From positions 9,484,287-9,548,286 of the forward strand of contig OZ316899.1 of assembly GCA_973895155.1 (NCBI GenBank): a stretch of DNA of 64,000 nucleotides, in the 5' to 3' direction. Shown here in pieces: positions 1 to 12,200 of the stretch. The position numbers were made by a program, and so were the translations under genes. Below the pieces are notes generated by a model, which was not told where the DNA came from, ran no database searches, and saw only the letters and a program-made list of their open reading frames with translations. The number at the start of each line of letters is the position of its first letter. Position 1 is the first letter of the stretch. Origin of the DNA: Marsupella aquatica (lineage: Eukaryota; Plantae; Marchantiophyta).

Positions 1-598
1 TTTCCCCTCATCCTTCAGCCTCGGCGACAAGCTGCGCAACACTGGCCGGCACTTTTTGCGCGCTCGTACGCCCTCCGCCATACCAGGCCAGTCGTTGCCG
101 TGGCCCCGCCCTGACATCGTATGACCGGCCCTGCATGTGTACGCGACTGCATACGCATCCGCTCTATAACACCGCCCGAGAATCCCCAGGGCGTACTCCC
201 GGCCTTACGCCCTTTGGGCCCGCCAGTTTATACTGTATTTTTTGATTAGGGGCTTGAGCACCCCCTTTAGGGCCATTATTTTGCCTCTTTTTCTTCCTTA
301 TTGGTTTCCCTTTGTGCCAGGACCTGCCACCCTCCATTTTAACCGCTCCGACAGGGGGAACGGCCCCCTGTGAGACCTGCTGTACTATGCAAGAATATTC
401 CCAAAAAACATAGAGCTGTTTTTTGGCCGTTTGACAAAGATTCTGTCCGTTGAACGGTAACTTTTTTGGTTCTTTTTCGGTGAGGACGTTGCCACTGTAG
501 TTAGCAATGCGGCGCACCAATCACATCGCGATTTCGACGATGGTTTGTACTGGGTATTTTGGTTATTCTCCGAGGTGGTCAAAACGGGGGAGTTTCCC
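1..598. mobile_element. Probable right end of a Mutator-like (MULE) DNA transposon inserted in the copia 5' leader
   Basis: GC-rich, hairpin-rich segment (ACAGGGGG..CCCCCTGT; CCAAAAAACA..TGTTTTTTGG) ending GGGTATTTTGG...GTGGTCAAAACGGGGGAGTTTCCC, which resembles plant MULE TIR ends. The partner TIR and TSD are outside the window. Confidence 0.3.
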
Positions 599-765
599 AA
601 GGTTTTACCCACCCCAACCAAAATTTGAATAAGTTTTCCGTCGAATTTTGATTTTGATTTTGGCTTTCAGTATTTGACTCCTAGCTTTGTGGGCTATGTG
701 GCGGTGTTGAGTTTTGAGTTTTGTTAGAAGTTTCAAAAAAAGACATTTTTTTGTGATTGTTTCAT

Positions 766-1842
766 ATGAGTGACTCGAAGGATACTGGAAGAATTGGCGT
801 CGGTAGAGCTTTAGGATCGCGACGGTCAAACGGAGAGTCTGAGGAGGAGCTGCTACCGTTTGAGGAGGAACTTGTAACACCGGTACGATCACCATTGCGG
901 TGTGCAATGGAGGAAGCTGTGCTACTACCAGAGCTGTTGGTAGTGGGGAAGAAGAGGGAGATGACTAGATTTGGAGGAGTGAAGTTTGAGGTGGAGAAGT
1001 ACGATGGTCGTACTGATTACTTGCTCTGCGAGAAGCAAGTGAAGGGTGTCCTTTGGGCCATGGGCTTAGCTCATCTGCTTTCTTCGCGAGAGCAGTATGA
1101 TGGAGAGGAGGAGATTTCTGTAGGACAATGGAGACAGGAGTAGGTGATTGTTGTTAATGTAGTGATGCTTTATATCAAGCCACACATCATCAAGCAGCTG
1201 GATGATTATGCGGATTACGCATCATTGTTCAAGGCTCTAAGAGAGAAGTACTACCGGGAAGATACGTCAGACCAGTTGTACAAGAAGTCTCTCTTGATGA
1301 GTCTCAGGCTCAAGGAAGGGAGCAAGATGCAGGATCATCTAGATGAGTTTGACAGTCTAGCGGTGGATCTGTCAAACCTAGGAAAATGAGTTGAAGATGA
1401 GGATAAGGCCTTGCTTCTGCTAAGCTCCTTACCGCCATCATATCAGGGCTTGAAACAGGTGCTCTTGTACAGAGATCTGAAGTCCATTTCATATAATGAG
1501 GTGGTGAGCTCCTTGTTGTCTGATGATGCTCAAAAGAAGTTGGGTCAATCACAGACAGCATCTTCTTCTGGCACTGCGTTGAACGTGAACCGTGGGAGAG
1601 CAGCGCAGTGGTCAAATGGACAAAACAGGTTTAGATCTACATCACAGGGGAGATCTAAATCCAGAGGGAAATCGCAAGAGAGGAAGCCTCTTGCATGTTG
1701 GAATTATGGCAAGCCTGGCCACATGAAAAGGGATTGTCGAGTAAAGATCCCTACTGCATCTGCTAAAAAGGCATCGAGCTCGCATGAGGTAGATTTACTC
1801 GCTGATGATGACATATTGTGATGTCAAGGTTATGCTCTCAAT
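766..1842 (+). pseudogene. gag: Copia gag (UBN2/retrotransposon gag, zinc knuckle), with several in-frame stops
   Basis: KFEVEKYDGRTDYLL, MQDHLDEFDSLAVDLSNLG, LLLSSLPPSY, degenerate knuckle CWNYGKPGHMKRDC. Confidence 0.9.
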
Positions 1843-1893
1843 ATAAGCCTATTCATTAAAAGTGTATTTTCTTTTGTTCACAAATCAGCCCTG

Positions 1894-1975
1894 AAATGTA
1901 CACTTTTATGTCCCCAAATGTACACTTTACGAAGCCCAAATGTACACTTTTTGATACCTAAATGTACACTTTATA
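1894..1975. repeat. Left subterminal AAATGTACACTTT repeats of the Sola-like element
   Basis: Four near-palindromic AAATGTACACTTT copies; the same motif recurs at 23916-24240 and 58996-59075. Confidence 0.85.
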
Positions 1976-2232
1976 GGCCAAATCTTATTAGTATTATATT
2001 AATATATTATATTATATTAATTATAATAGTATTATATTACTTATTAGTTCACAAAGAACCATGGGATAGAGATCATACTTGTAAAAACATTTCCGCACAA
2101 AGAAGCCCAGGCAAGGACCATTGATTGACAATGTGTGAAAATAATTATATACAATTGTGTCCAAACTTACAATGAATATCCAGGGCTGGCACCCATTTTT
2201 ACTATCTAATGGGCTTAACATGAGTCAGATCT

Positions 2233-3236
2233 CTAAACAAAGTGCTCCTTACAATATTTATTTGAGCACGTGCCTTTGTCTCCTTTACTATCTACCCTAA
2301 TGTCACGGTTGCAACTCCCTTTATCTTCAGGGAGATGAAATTTGGTGGTGTTGTTCCTAACTGCTATAATCTCCCGCAAAAAGTGTCTGGGATTTTCTCT
2401 ATACAGACCTGAATATTCCCGTCCTACAAATGATCTAGCAAGTGAGGTGACAAGTGCATCGTCAAGTTCCACCTCGGGATGTAAGCTACATATACGGTGC
2501 TTCACAGCCCAAGGAATCTAATTGCTATTGAGGTCCAGCACACTATGCCTATATTGTGACTTCCAAATTTTGGCTGCACATCTCTTACTAAGTTGATCAT
2601 AAGTAATCTCATTTTTTGCCTTGTCTCTCTTAATGTGCAATAGAGACCACTTTGGAGAGTTAGGAGAAGATAACAATGAATGTCACTTGCATGTGACAGT
2701 TTCTCAAGACATGGCCAAAGAATTGTTAGAAGAAAATTGTCTCCACGATTGGCATGCGTGTAGGGCACTGGAAATAGTCCGGTCATGTCTGGGTTGGCAA
2801 ATGCCTTCAAGGGGGAGTCATCCACAAGGAGTGTGTTGGTTTCATCATATATATTTCCAAATGCAATTGTGAACATCATGTTCAACATTTTCACTGTTTG
2901 CGGCATCCCAGCACATGTCCAAATTGCAATGTCAAACCGATCAAAAACCAACTTTAGAAACTCATGGAGCCCTGGCCTCTCTATATACATGCGACTAGTT
3001 CCATTTGATCTATCCCAATGCACTCCACTTGAGGTGACAATCCTGGATGTGCCCTTGCTTTGGAATTCAATAGAATCCCAAAGTATTTTATTAAGGTCCA
3101 AAATCAGCAACTTCCGCTTGACGGGACCAGGTCTCGATTCTGCAAGTGCACCAAACACCATTCTCAGAGAAAAGACCAAAAGTGAACTTTGGATTAGGAT
3201 TGTCTCAGTCCAAAAATACAAGACAATGGCTGACAA
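2233..3236 (-). pseudogene. FCP1/NIF-family HAD phosphatase (TE cargo, copy 1; internal deletion and frameshift)
   Basis: KLLILDLNKILWDS, ERPGLHEFLKLVFDRFDIAIWT, NTLLVDDSPLKAFANP. It lacks about 43 aa present in copy 2. Confidence 0.85.
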
Positions 3237-3378
3237 AAAAGAAAATTAACCTACATACCGTTTTTAGAAGCCTCACAATGTGTAGACGGATATGGAGACT
3301 TTAATTGGTGAGTGCATTCTATGAGACCGAGAAGTATTTTAGATTGATATGAATAAATACAAAGTCAAAGGCTGAATT

Positions 3379-6300
3379 TCATTCCGAAATAAGGTCTCCA
3401 TATTCATCAATAATCATGTCAGCACCAAGCTCCTGTTGGATTTCAAAATTGACATCTGAAGTACTTTGTTCTACCCAATAAGGTGAAGTCCAAACAGGAG
3501 TTATCAACCCCAATTCTCCACTCTTATACTCCTCCTTATTGAGAATTGAAGGAGCAGCATCCAATGATATTTCTTGGCCTCGATTTGGCCCACTTTTCCA
3601 CACGTAACATCGTGCGTCGCATTCCAATGACCTCCATCCAGTTGATCCAACTCTATTTCCTTTCTTTTTTGAGAGCGGAAGGACAATAGGACTCCCCGAG
3701 TGTGAACGAACGAACACCAATTTGTCATCAAAAGCTGAAAAGAGTGTGTCAGGACAAGTTGAAGCACCTGCCTGGTTGTCAGCAGCCGTTGATGCATATC
3801 CTCCTGGATTGATCGGAATGTCAGGCAATCCGCCAGTCTCCCCCTCGGTCTCCCCCCGAGTCAATTCTTTAGTTTCAGCTTCATTTGAATCTCCAAGTCT
3901 TGTTGCGCCTTCATTGATCAGATTGGTTGAAGAAAGATGATCAAACGTATCAACCCTTGCTCCTTCCAGTTGCTCCATCTGTCCTCCCGACGTTGTTGGA
4001 TTGGGATCATCCTTGTCCAAGTTATCATCAACTTGAACTTCATTGGGCCCCGGAGGGATGTCATCTAAACCAGATGAACGGTTTGGTGCAAGTCCAATAT
4101 CATCATCTACATCGTAAGGCTCACCTTGACCAACACGGTCATCCAAATTCTTGACATATGCCTCCTCTGATGCCTCTACGCCTTCAGCCACTTTGTCAGC
4201 AACATCTTCAGACTCAGAACCATCGGATTCAATAGCGACAGCTATAGCCGCAACAATGGTAGCCCATTGTCGAGAATTTTCAGCAAGTGATTCACAATGA
4301 GCTTTAAGTGAGGGAACTCTCTCGCAAAGGTAGGAAGCAAAAGCTTCCACAAAATGCCTCTCGGAGTGAGAGTCACAATAAACAAAGCATTCCCTATCGC
4401 AAAAAAATGATGTCTTCATGACTTGGCCACCGGAGAAAAAATCTAGAACCAAATCTCCCGGTTCTGACAAGGATTCAATAATCCTTCGGATCATTCGCGT
4501 GGGTTTGGCATGAGGATTAACCCACCCTCCGCGACTGCCAACTGTCTCAAATCGAGGGGCCATATTCATAATCTTGACGGCCTCTTCCGGGTCCAAAACC
4601 ACTTTTAGGTCGTCGTTTTGTGTCCCCTCATCTGATTCCTTAGCCTTCCCCTTTCCCTTGGCGATCTTGCATACTTCGTAATCAACATCCTTTGCAGTAT
4701 ACAAGAATTTTGGCTTTGGATAGTTGGGCTTGAAAACTTCATTCCAATTGACGTCTTAGTCTCGAGAAATCCCCGCAAAGATAACTTCTTCAATCCCCCC
4801 ACCCCAACATGAGTCATGAGGGTGCGGTTGATCATCTCGAGAATAACTCCCATACTCAATGTGAATGGTCAAAGCTTTCTCTTGTCCCAGTTTACGAAGG
4901 GCACCATGGACATTCAATGCAAGTTGTCCAGGATGAACTGTTATCGTCACAACAATCGTGGGATTTTGTGGAAGCTCCACAATGTATTCAAAGAGAACAA
5001 GAATCTTTGCTTCAGTCCATTGTTTTTGCGGAAGCCGGCTAAAATCAACAATGGCAAGAGGGCAGGTCGGAGGAGCTTCTTGCAATGACTTTGGATCAAT
5101 GGTCTTCATGAGATTGTCGCTAAAAAATGTAGCCCATGGTAGGGTCCAAGAACATGATCCTCCGCCAAATTTCTGGCAGTATATATCATCTAGGCGGAAT
5201 GCCAATGTCGTCGGCAAGATTGCGCTCTCCCGCGTATGATTTGGTTTTAAAAGGTTGGCAAGATAGACCTCGCCAGCGACTCTTCGACACCTGTTGAACT
5301 CTGAATCAATTGCTAGCGTAGGAAGAACCTCCACTACTTTCCCCCAATTAGTATTTGTCGGGAAATTCATCACATCCTTGGTGCAATAGTAGTCTTCAAT
5401 AAGGGACTTCAGTTTCCGCACGATCTTCACATCTTTGGCCAACTCCTCTATAGATGGCATGTCTGATTTATTAGAGGCATCTTTCTTTAGCAATACCTTT
5501 CCTGACTTCACCCGCGTCAGTATTCTTGTGATGTCTCGTTGTGAGATCAACTCACCATCAAAACAACAAAACATGGCAACAGTAATTGCTTTTTCAGACT
5601 TCTCATTTCCTTCTACCCCAGCTCCATCGGGAAGTTTCCCATCCAACCACAACTGGCATACCAAACTCCATAACTCAAAAAGAGCATCGTCCGCAAACAG
5701 TAACCAGTAAAAATTTCGACAATCTTTCCTCCCCATGGTCATTCTTGCAAGAGCCAACCAATCCTACAATTGCAAAGGAAAGTCTGTTAGTTCTCCATAA
5801 CTCAATTGTTTGATAGCACTCAGGTGCGGATTGAGACCATCCCAGTCCAACACAGAACTAGACAGTATCAGTGGAAATATTCTATTGAATGTGCATGATT
5901 TAGTTTGGACTGGGACCATCCCAGTCCAGAACAAAAGTAGACAGTATTAGTGGAAAAATAATCTATTGAATGTGTATGAATCCATTTGGATTGGGACCAT
6001 CCCAGTCCAACGCAAAACTAGGCGATATCAATGGAAATATTCTACTGAATGTGCATGAATCCATTTGGACTGGGACCATCCCAGTCCAACACAAAACTAG
6101 ACGATATCAGTGGACAAAGATTCTACTGAATGTGCATGAATCCATTTGGACTGGGACCATCCTAGTCCAACGCAAAACTAGGCGATATCAGTGGAAATAT
6201 TCTACTAAATGTGCATGAATCTACGGTATTGTACCCATCAAGCAGTAACACTTTGTACCTGAAATTTTTGATTGTCTTGAGCGTTTGTTTTGTTGTCCCC

Positions 6301-7707
6301 ATGTTTTGGCCGGCTAGGTTTTCCACATTCCACAAATTGTCGCCTAGCATGAACTACTGTATCTTTGAAGCATGACTGAAACACCATCGTGCTATTGATC
6401 GCATTAGATCGCATTGAATGCTCAACTAATATTGACGATGGTGTTTGATGAGATAATATTCTTGACTTTTGAAATTCCAGCTTTTTCGCCAATGCTGTCA
6501 GCTTGGCATCCTTGTTTGCCCATTCTCAAATCCATCTGGCTGCTCTAGCCGGATGTTGACCGCTAATGGCAAGGAATTGAACCTCGCCCTTTTTCACGGC
6601 TGCTACAAAGTCCCTCCTATCTGATTCTGTGTTGTCATATTGCATTAGGTTTCTATGTTTTGTAGTGTAAGGAATCAAGTCTGCTATGTGTGGTTCATGC
6701 CCCGGATTTCTTATCATGGAATTGGCCACCTCCTTTACATGGTCTGCATTCAACATTCTGTAACAAAGTCTTGCCGACGCAGGGAAAATACTGTCTACAG
6801 GAATAGAAAATATCGAATTGATCCCAAACGTATAATATTGCTCCATTTGTTGCAATACCTCATTACCTTCTAAGACCTTCTTCTCCTCAAGAGTGTCCAA
6901 CTGCTCGTCCACATCTTGTGAATGCACTATCAGGTTTTCTGTAGTGTCATCCATGATGGCATTGTCAATTTTCTGTTTCTTCTTCTGTCTTGGTCTCTTT
7001 TCACTTGCACTCGGCTTCTCAACCGGACGTTTCTTCTCAACTGGCTTCTCAACTCAGCTTCTCGTACTCAGCTTCTCAACTGGCTTCTCAACTCGGCTTC
7101 TTGTACTCGGCTTCTCAACCGGAAGTTTCTTCTCAACCGGAGGTTTCCTTTGGCTTTGTTTTTGTTTTCCCACTGCTCTTTGAGAGGTCATTGCTGTAGT
7201 TCCCGCGGTCTCTGTTGTAGGTTCTGGAGCTTTCTTTGGCGCTTGCTTGGGCACAGGGTTTGTATTCACCGCTGGAAGCTTTCTCGTCTTGGACAAAGAT
7301 TCTATCCATTGCTTTGCTTTGACTAAATCAAACTTGGGAGCAAATGCAACATCCTTATCAATTAAAACACCAGGCTCCTCCAACTCCAACGATAACAATC
7401 CAGCTTTCTCAAGTAAATTGCTTAACGTCCAGGTAGTTGCAAAAGAAAAATTGCCTTGGTGCTTCATCATGTTGAGTTTCAAATATTAAAACCCATACAT
7501 AATGTCGACTGGAAGCATACCAGTTACCCCGACGACCAACTTCTTTGTGTCATAGGTCTTTGGAAAAAATCCCATTGACAAAACGCTCAATTCCCCACTT
7601 GCGTGCCATTCGACATTGAATTCAGAGGAGTATGCCTTTGACAGAAGGTTAACTTTAACCCAACAGGACTTATCGTGCATCTTGAGAATGACCGTATTCA
7701 TCCCTCT
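3379..7707 (-). pseudogene. 3' part of a multi-exon cargo gene: ParB/Srx-like domain, beta-class N6A/N4C DNA-methyltransferase-like domain, acidic tail
   Basis: ParB-like: IPVDSIFP..YRMLNADHVKEVANSM..FLAISGQHPARAARWI (~6540-6830). MTase motifs X/I/II: HAKPTRMIRRIIESLSEPGDLVLDFFSGG..DRECFVYCD (~4375-4515). Premature stops are present. Confidence 0.7.
5829..6216. repeat. Intronic tandem repeat, about five units of ~78-81 bp, each with the palindrome TTGGACTGGGA-CCA-TCCCAGTCCAA
   Basis: Read directly from the sequence; lies between exons of the ParB/MTase-like gene. Confidence 0.85.
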
Positions 7708-8038
7708 TGTCACACCATTATGAGTGGTAGTATAGGATATCGGACTATGTAGGTTTGAGGCTTTCATATGTGTGTTATCTAAGTGGTTTAGGGTTAGTGT
7801 ATGTTTGTGAGGGATAGTTATATATCTCTTTGTGTTGGCTCAAAGGTCTCATCTTTTGATGTTGAGCCTTTCGAGCACAAACTCTAGTGGCTATGGTGTG
7901 GCTGTCTAGGTTGTGTGTACGTAACGTGGATTCCTTGAGGCGCAAGGTGCGTTTGGCTTGACATAAGTGTGTGATCGCGTCAGACAAGATTGTGTGTTTG
8001 ATTGGCATCAATCGTTGTTCGATTATTCTTGAAGATTA
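7708..8038 (+). repeat. Repeat A1 (331 bp)
   Basis: Matches 16756-17086; I see two substitutions. Confidence 0.97.
7819..7862 (+). promoter_or_regulatory. Putative TATA box (TATATAT, 7819-7825) and transcript 5' end/self-primer (CTCATCTTTTGATGT, 7848-7862)
   Basis: The TATA lies 23-29 bp upstream of a 15-mer that is perfectly complementary to 8038-8052. Confidence 0.65.
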
Positions 8039-8052
8039 CATCAAAAGATGAG
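8038..8052 (+). promoter_or_regulatory. Self-priming primer-binding site (ACATCAAAAGATGAG)
   Basis: Immediately follows A1, has no TGG tRNA-type PBS, and is the exact reverse complement of 7848-7862. Confidence 0.8.
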
Positions 8053-8699
8053 CTTCAAACTCTGTTGTGCGGACTGTGCAGACAGAAGTTTGATTTCATT
8101 TTGGTTTTGTTGTTGACGATTCGTGGTAGCTCGGATCGGGTGTTGTTATTGAACGGATCGCTGGTATCTCGATCTATTGCAAGTTGGTGCGACGCTTGCG
8201 TAGTTCAAGTGAAGCTTCAAGTTGTTGTTGCTAAGTTGTGGTTTTGGAGTTGCGGTCTTCATCGATATGCGGTGTTGCATCGTGGAGGATTGATTGTGTG
8301 ATCGACAAGCGAATGTTGCTGTCGACAATTGTGTGTGAGACAGACGATGGTGTCTGGTCCTATTTTGTGAAGGGAAAGTAGTCGGATGTGCGACTCTTTG
8401 TGGTTTTGATTGAGGTGGTTCAATTGGGAGCCCGATAGTTGATTATGTTTACAATTTTTGTAGGATGCATTTCTGATTTGCATCAAGTTCCTTGTTGATG
8501 GATAGTGCGTTTCTATGAAGGAAACGACGTTGAATGTTGGTGAATTGTGTTGGCGGCGCGCGACAAGATAAGGCACCGCGGAGAGGCAAGGCGGCTGTGA
8601 CTTAGGGCACAAAGGAAATGACAAATACTGAATAGTGATTTTCCCGTCAATTGCGGCATGTTTAGCGCATGACTTGAGCAAAGAGAGTTTTGGTGGGGA

Positions 8700-9220
8700 G
8701 GCACCCACAGCCCGTGGCCTGTGACCAATTCATCTTGGTTGTGTGAGTTGGCACCCACAGCCCACGGCCTGTGACCTCTTGCAGCTTAGCTAGCACCCAC
8801 AGCCCACGGCCTGTGGCCTCTCATAGTTTGGTTGTGTGGGCTAGCACCCACAGCCCACGGCCTGTGGCCTCTCATAGTTTGGTTGTGTGGGTTGGCACCC
8901 ACAGCCCACGGCCTGTGGCCTCTTGTAGTTTGGTTGCATGGGTAGTCACCCACAGCCCATGGCTTGTGGCCGATTCATCTTGGTTGTGTGGGTTGGCACC
9001 CACAGCCCATGGCCTGTGGCCTCTTCTAGTTTGGTTGCGTGGGTAGTCACCCACAGCCCACGGCTTGTGGCCGATTCATCTTGGTTGTGTGGGTTGGCAC
9101 CCACAGCCCACGGCCTGTGGCCTCTTGAAGGTTGCGTGGGTAGTCACCCACAGCCCACGGCCTGTGGCTGATTCATCTTGTTTGTGTGGGTAGGTACCCA
9201 CAGCCCACGGCCTGTGGCCT
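8700..9220 (+). repeat. 5'-leader tandem array, 11 units of ~42-51 bp with the hairpin core CACCCACAGCCCACGGCCTGTGGCC
   Basis: Counted directly. Three more core copies lie in 63-bp units at ~13180-13370. Confidence 0.9.
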
Positions 9221-9297
9221 AGGGTTTTGGAATCACGGAGTCTTCCAATAATGCAAAGCTACTTGGTGAACAACGGACTGGTTTCACTCGAAGTGGA

Positions 9298-12200
9298 GTG
9301 CAATTTCGGCCAACGACATTGCTAGTAGATACTAGTAGAGCTTCAGATAGTGATTCTGACGAGGGCTCTGTAGTCAACTCTCCTCATCATCAGGTAGTTG
9401 CATCATTGTTGTGGGATATGGAGGAGACGTATGGGTCCACTAAGGGCCCTAGAAGATACTCTGGTGCAGTTGGCACAGTTGATTTGGATGATTTCATCCA
9501 AGAGTTTGATACGTGGTGTGATATGCAAACGATGCGTAACGCCACATTGTTTACACCTTTCATGGCATGGAAAGGGTTGTTTCAGCATTTGGAGGGTCCA
9601 CCCATGGATGATTACCATGAGTTTCGGAAGACCCATTTGGCTGATATTGAGATATGGAGACAACATTGGTCACCAAACTATGTGTCCATCACTTACGGCA
9701 CAAGTGCGGTTTCTCAATCTGTTGCCCCGGCTGTTGCTTCTTCTAGTAGCACTAGCCAGAGTGGCACTCCACCAGTATCCACTGTTACTCCTACCAGTGC
9801 AATTGTGGGTGGGAGTGGAGTTGTGCCAACATTTAACCCTGTGGTGAAGTTCTTTGATGTGTTGAAGCAGAACTACCAGGGTGTGAGAACTGATAAGTTG
9901 AAGGGTCTTCAAGATTTTCAGCGCAAGACTGGAGAGAGTCTACGCGAGGCATACACTCGTATGCAAAGATTAATTACAGTCACCAAGGGAGTGACAGAGG
10001 CCAAAGCAGTTCAATTTTGGTATGCAATTTTGGATAGAGAGTTGCGGCGTAGAGTAAGAGACGCCACTCTATTGAGGGATTCAGATCCCACATTGGCTAT
10101 TGTTTTTGCACTAGCCGAGCGCATTGAGCTCAATATGGTGAATGAGAAGGTGGTGACTTCCGGATTTGTCAAGGAAGGCTCACCAAAGGTTGCATCTACA
10201 CCCACACCGCAACCTACTATAAGGAAGAGCCAGAGGGAGAAGCCTACAACACGGGAATCTACTAGTCAGAGACCTGTGCCCTCCTATGCTGGACAGCAGT
10301 CAGGATGTTGGACTTGTGGTGGGGATCATGCACAAAGATATTGCCCGGATAATAGAGGGTCCGGAGGGGCATCTATGCCCGATCAACGATTATGTGATCA
10401 TTGTGGAGTTTCTGGTCACACCAAAGATAGGTGTTTTGTACTCCATCCTGAACTACGACGGGGAGGATCGCGTACATATGATCAGGGAAGAGGAGGTAGA
10501 GGTGGTGGTCGTGGACGAGGGATGCCACATGCAGGGAGACAACAAGGTGATGCTCCTGCCACTACCATAGATCCAAAAGATGCAAAGATTGCTCAATTGG
10601 AGCAACAACTAGCTGCCATGGCCAGTTCTCAGGTTAGACCTACTTTTGGTGATGGAGCTTCTACATCTTATGGAGCTGACGGAGACTTGGCCACCATGGG
10701 ATTCATGTGTGGCACTGCCCATGTTGACGCATCGGCAACTTTGACTAGAGGAGCAACCAAAGTCCTTGAGCCCCGAGGAGCAATGGTAGAGTTGGATCCT
10801 CAAAGGGGGGAGGCTCGTCAACAAACAAAGCTTCCTCAATCGTTTACGTTGTTAGAGGCAGTTCACACTACCTCTATGAACCCGGTTAAGACAAATCCAA
10901 GTGTTGATAAGTCGGTAAAATCGGATGATGTTGCAGCAGGTCTAGCAAGTACCTTGTTGGGGGCGGCCACTAACATTGTGCGCACCCCGTTATTTTCAGC
11001 AACAGATATATTGGCATTGGGAGTTAGTCCAGCTGAAGTGTTCAGATTGGCGGCCACATTATGTGAAGACACTCCAGTTGTTGCTTCTCGTGCAGAGACA
11101 ATGCATAAATCTGAAGTTGTGGAGTTGATTCCACCTATTGCTAGTGGTGAAACATGGCCAGCACCAGCGGCGAGGTTGATGGAGTTACCAGCACGCCCTG
11201 CCTTTGAGAGAACTAGGTTTAAACCTAGTGTGGTATCATTGGATAATCGGAGTGGTATCTTCCGATTAGTTGGGCCTTTTGGAGCAATATACCAGCCAGA
11301 ACGAGTGTTATTGGATACTGGTGCTCAGCCCTTGATGTTGGGTAAGTCTGCGATACAAGGATTGGGATTGTGTCCAGATGATTTGGAGGAGTGTCCTTTT
11401 CCCATTCAAACTTCATTGGGAGGACCTACACCCAAACAGCATATCACCAGACGAGCACTTGAACTTAGGATTCGAGAGGATCATCCAAAGGATAACTCAC
11501 GGATCCAGGCTCAAGCTATTTTGACTAAGGCTGAGTCGTATGATGTGTTAGTGGGATGTACAGTACTTTATCCTATGGGATTTGTTCTTGATTTTTGGGA
11601 TGAGTTGGTGTCGTATCGACCCGATTGGCAATCTGGAGATGCTCGATTGAGCCAATTGCCAGTGCGATTTAGTGGACCTGTGGGAGGTCCTAAATCTGCA
11701 CCATTGTCTTTGGCAGCATTCAGTAGTTTGATTACTGGATCTGATGAGTTGATTGAAGGTAATGCACATGCAGCAGATATTACGGCAATGGAGGAGCCAC
11801 GTGAGGAACACATGATGGGTGTATTACCTATTGATACCATTGTAGCACTAGTATGGGGTACTGGAGAGGCCTTGCAACAAAATGCGACCCAATTGATACA
11901 TGATGCCTGGCGTCATGCTTTTACACCGGAGTCAGGAGCACAACAGTCTTTTGCAGATGGACCGGTGACCCTTTCACCATTGGATACCACTCCTATTGTG
12001 TGGCAGTATCCAAAGGAGGGTATTTGTTTGTTGGATTTATTTGGTGGGATTAGCACTGGATTGGTTGCTATTCTTCAAGCAGGAATTCCTATGCGTCGTT
12101 ACTTGTACGTGGAAAATGATGAGATAACACGGAGGATCTCGCTACGTCATGTAGCGATGTTGGTGGAACGTTATCCACATTTGTTGCCAGTGGATGCCGT

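Noticed and set aside
164-907. Short minus-strand ORFs at the window start
   Set aside because: No motifs; they overlap a probable TIR end and the copia leader.
5829-6216. Palindromic repeats with ~55-bp spacers resembling CRISPR
   Set aside because: The spacers are near-identical, so this is an ordinary tandem repeat in an intron.
3379-6954. Bacterial restriction-modification or prophage contamination
   Set aside because: The gene has probable spliceosomal introns, sits within TIRs and a TSD, and is nested among eukaryotic TEs.
7775-8011. Duplicated 78-aa ORF (also 16823-17059)
   Set aside because: Antisense frame within repeat A, with no recognisable motif.
8700-9220. CRISPR-like repeat-spacer look
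   Set aside because: The spacers are themselves repeated variants, there are no cas genes, and the array lies in a retrotransposon leader.
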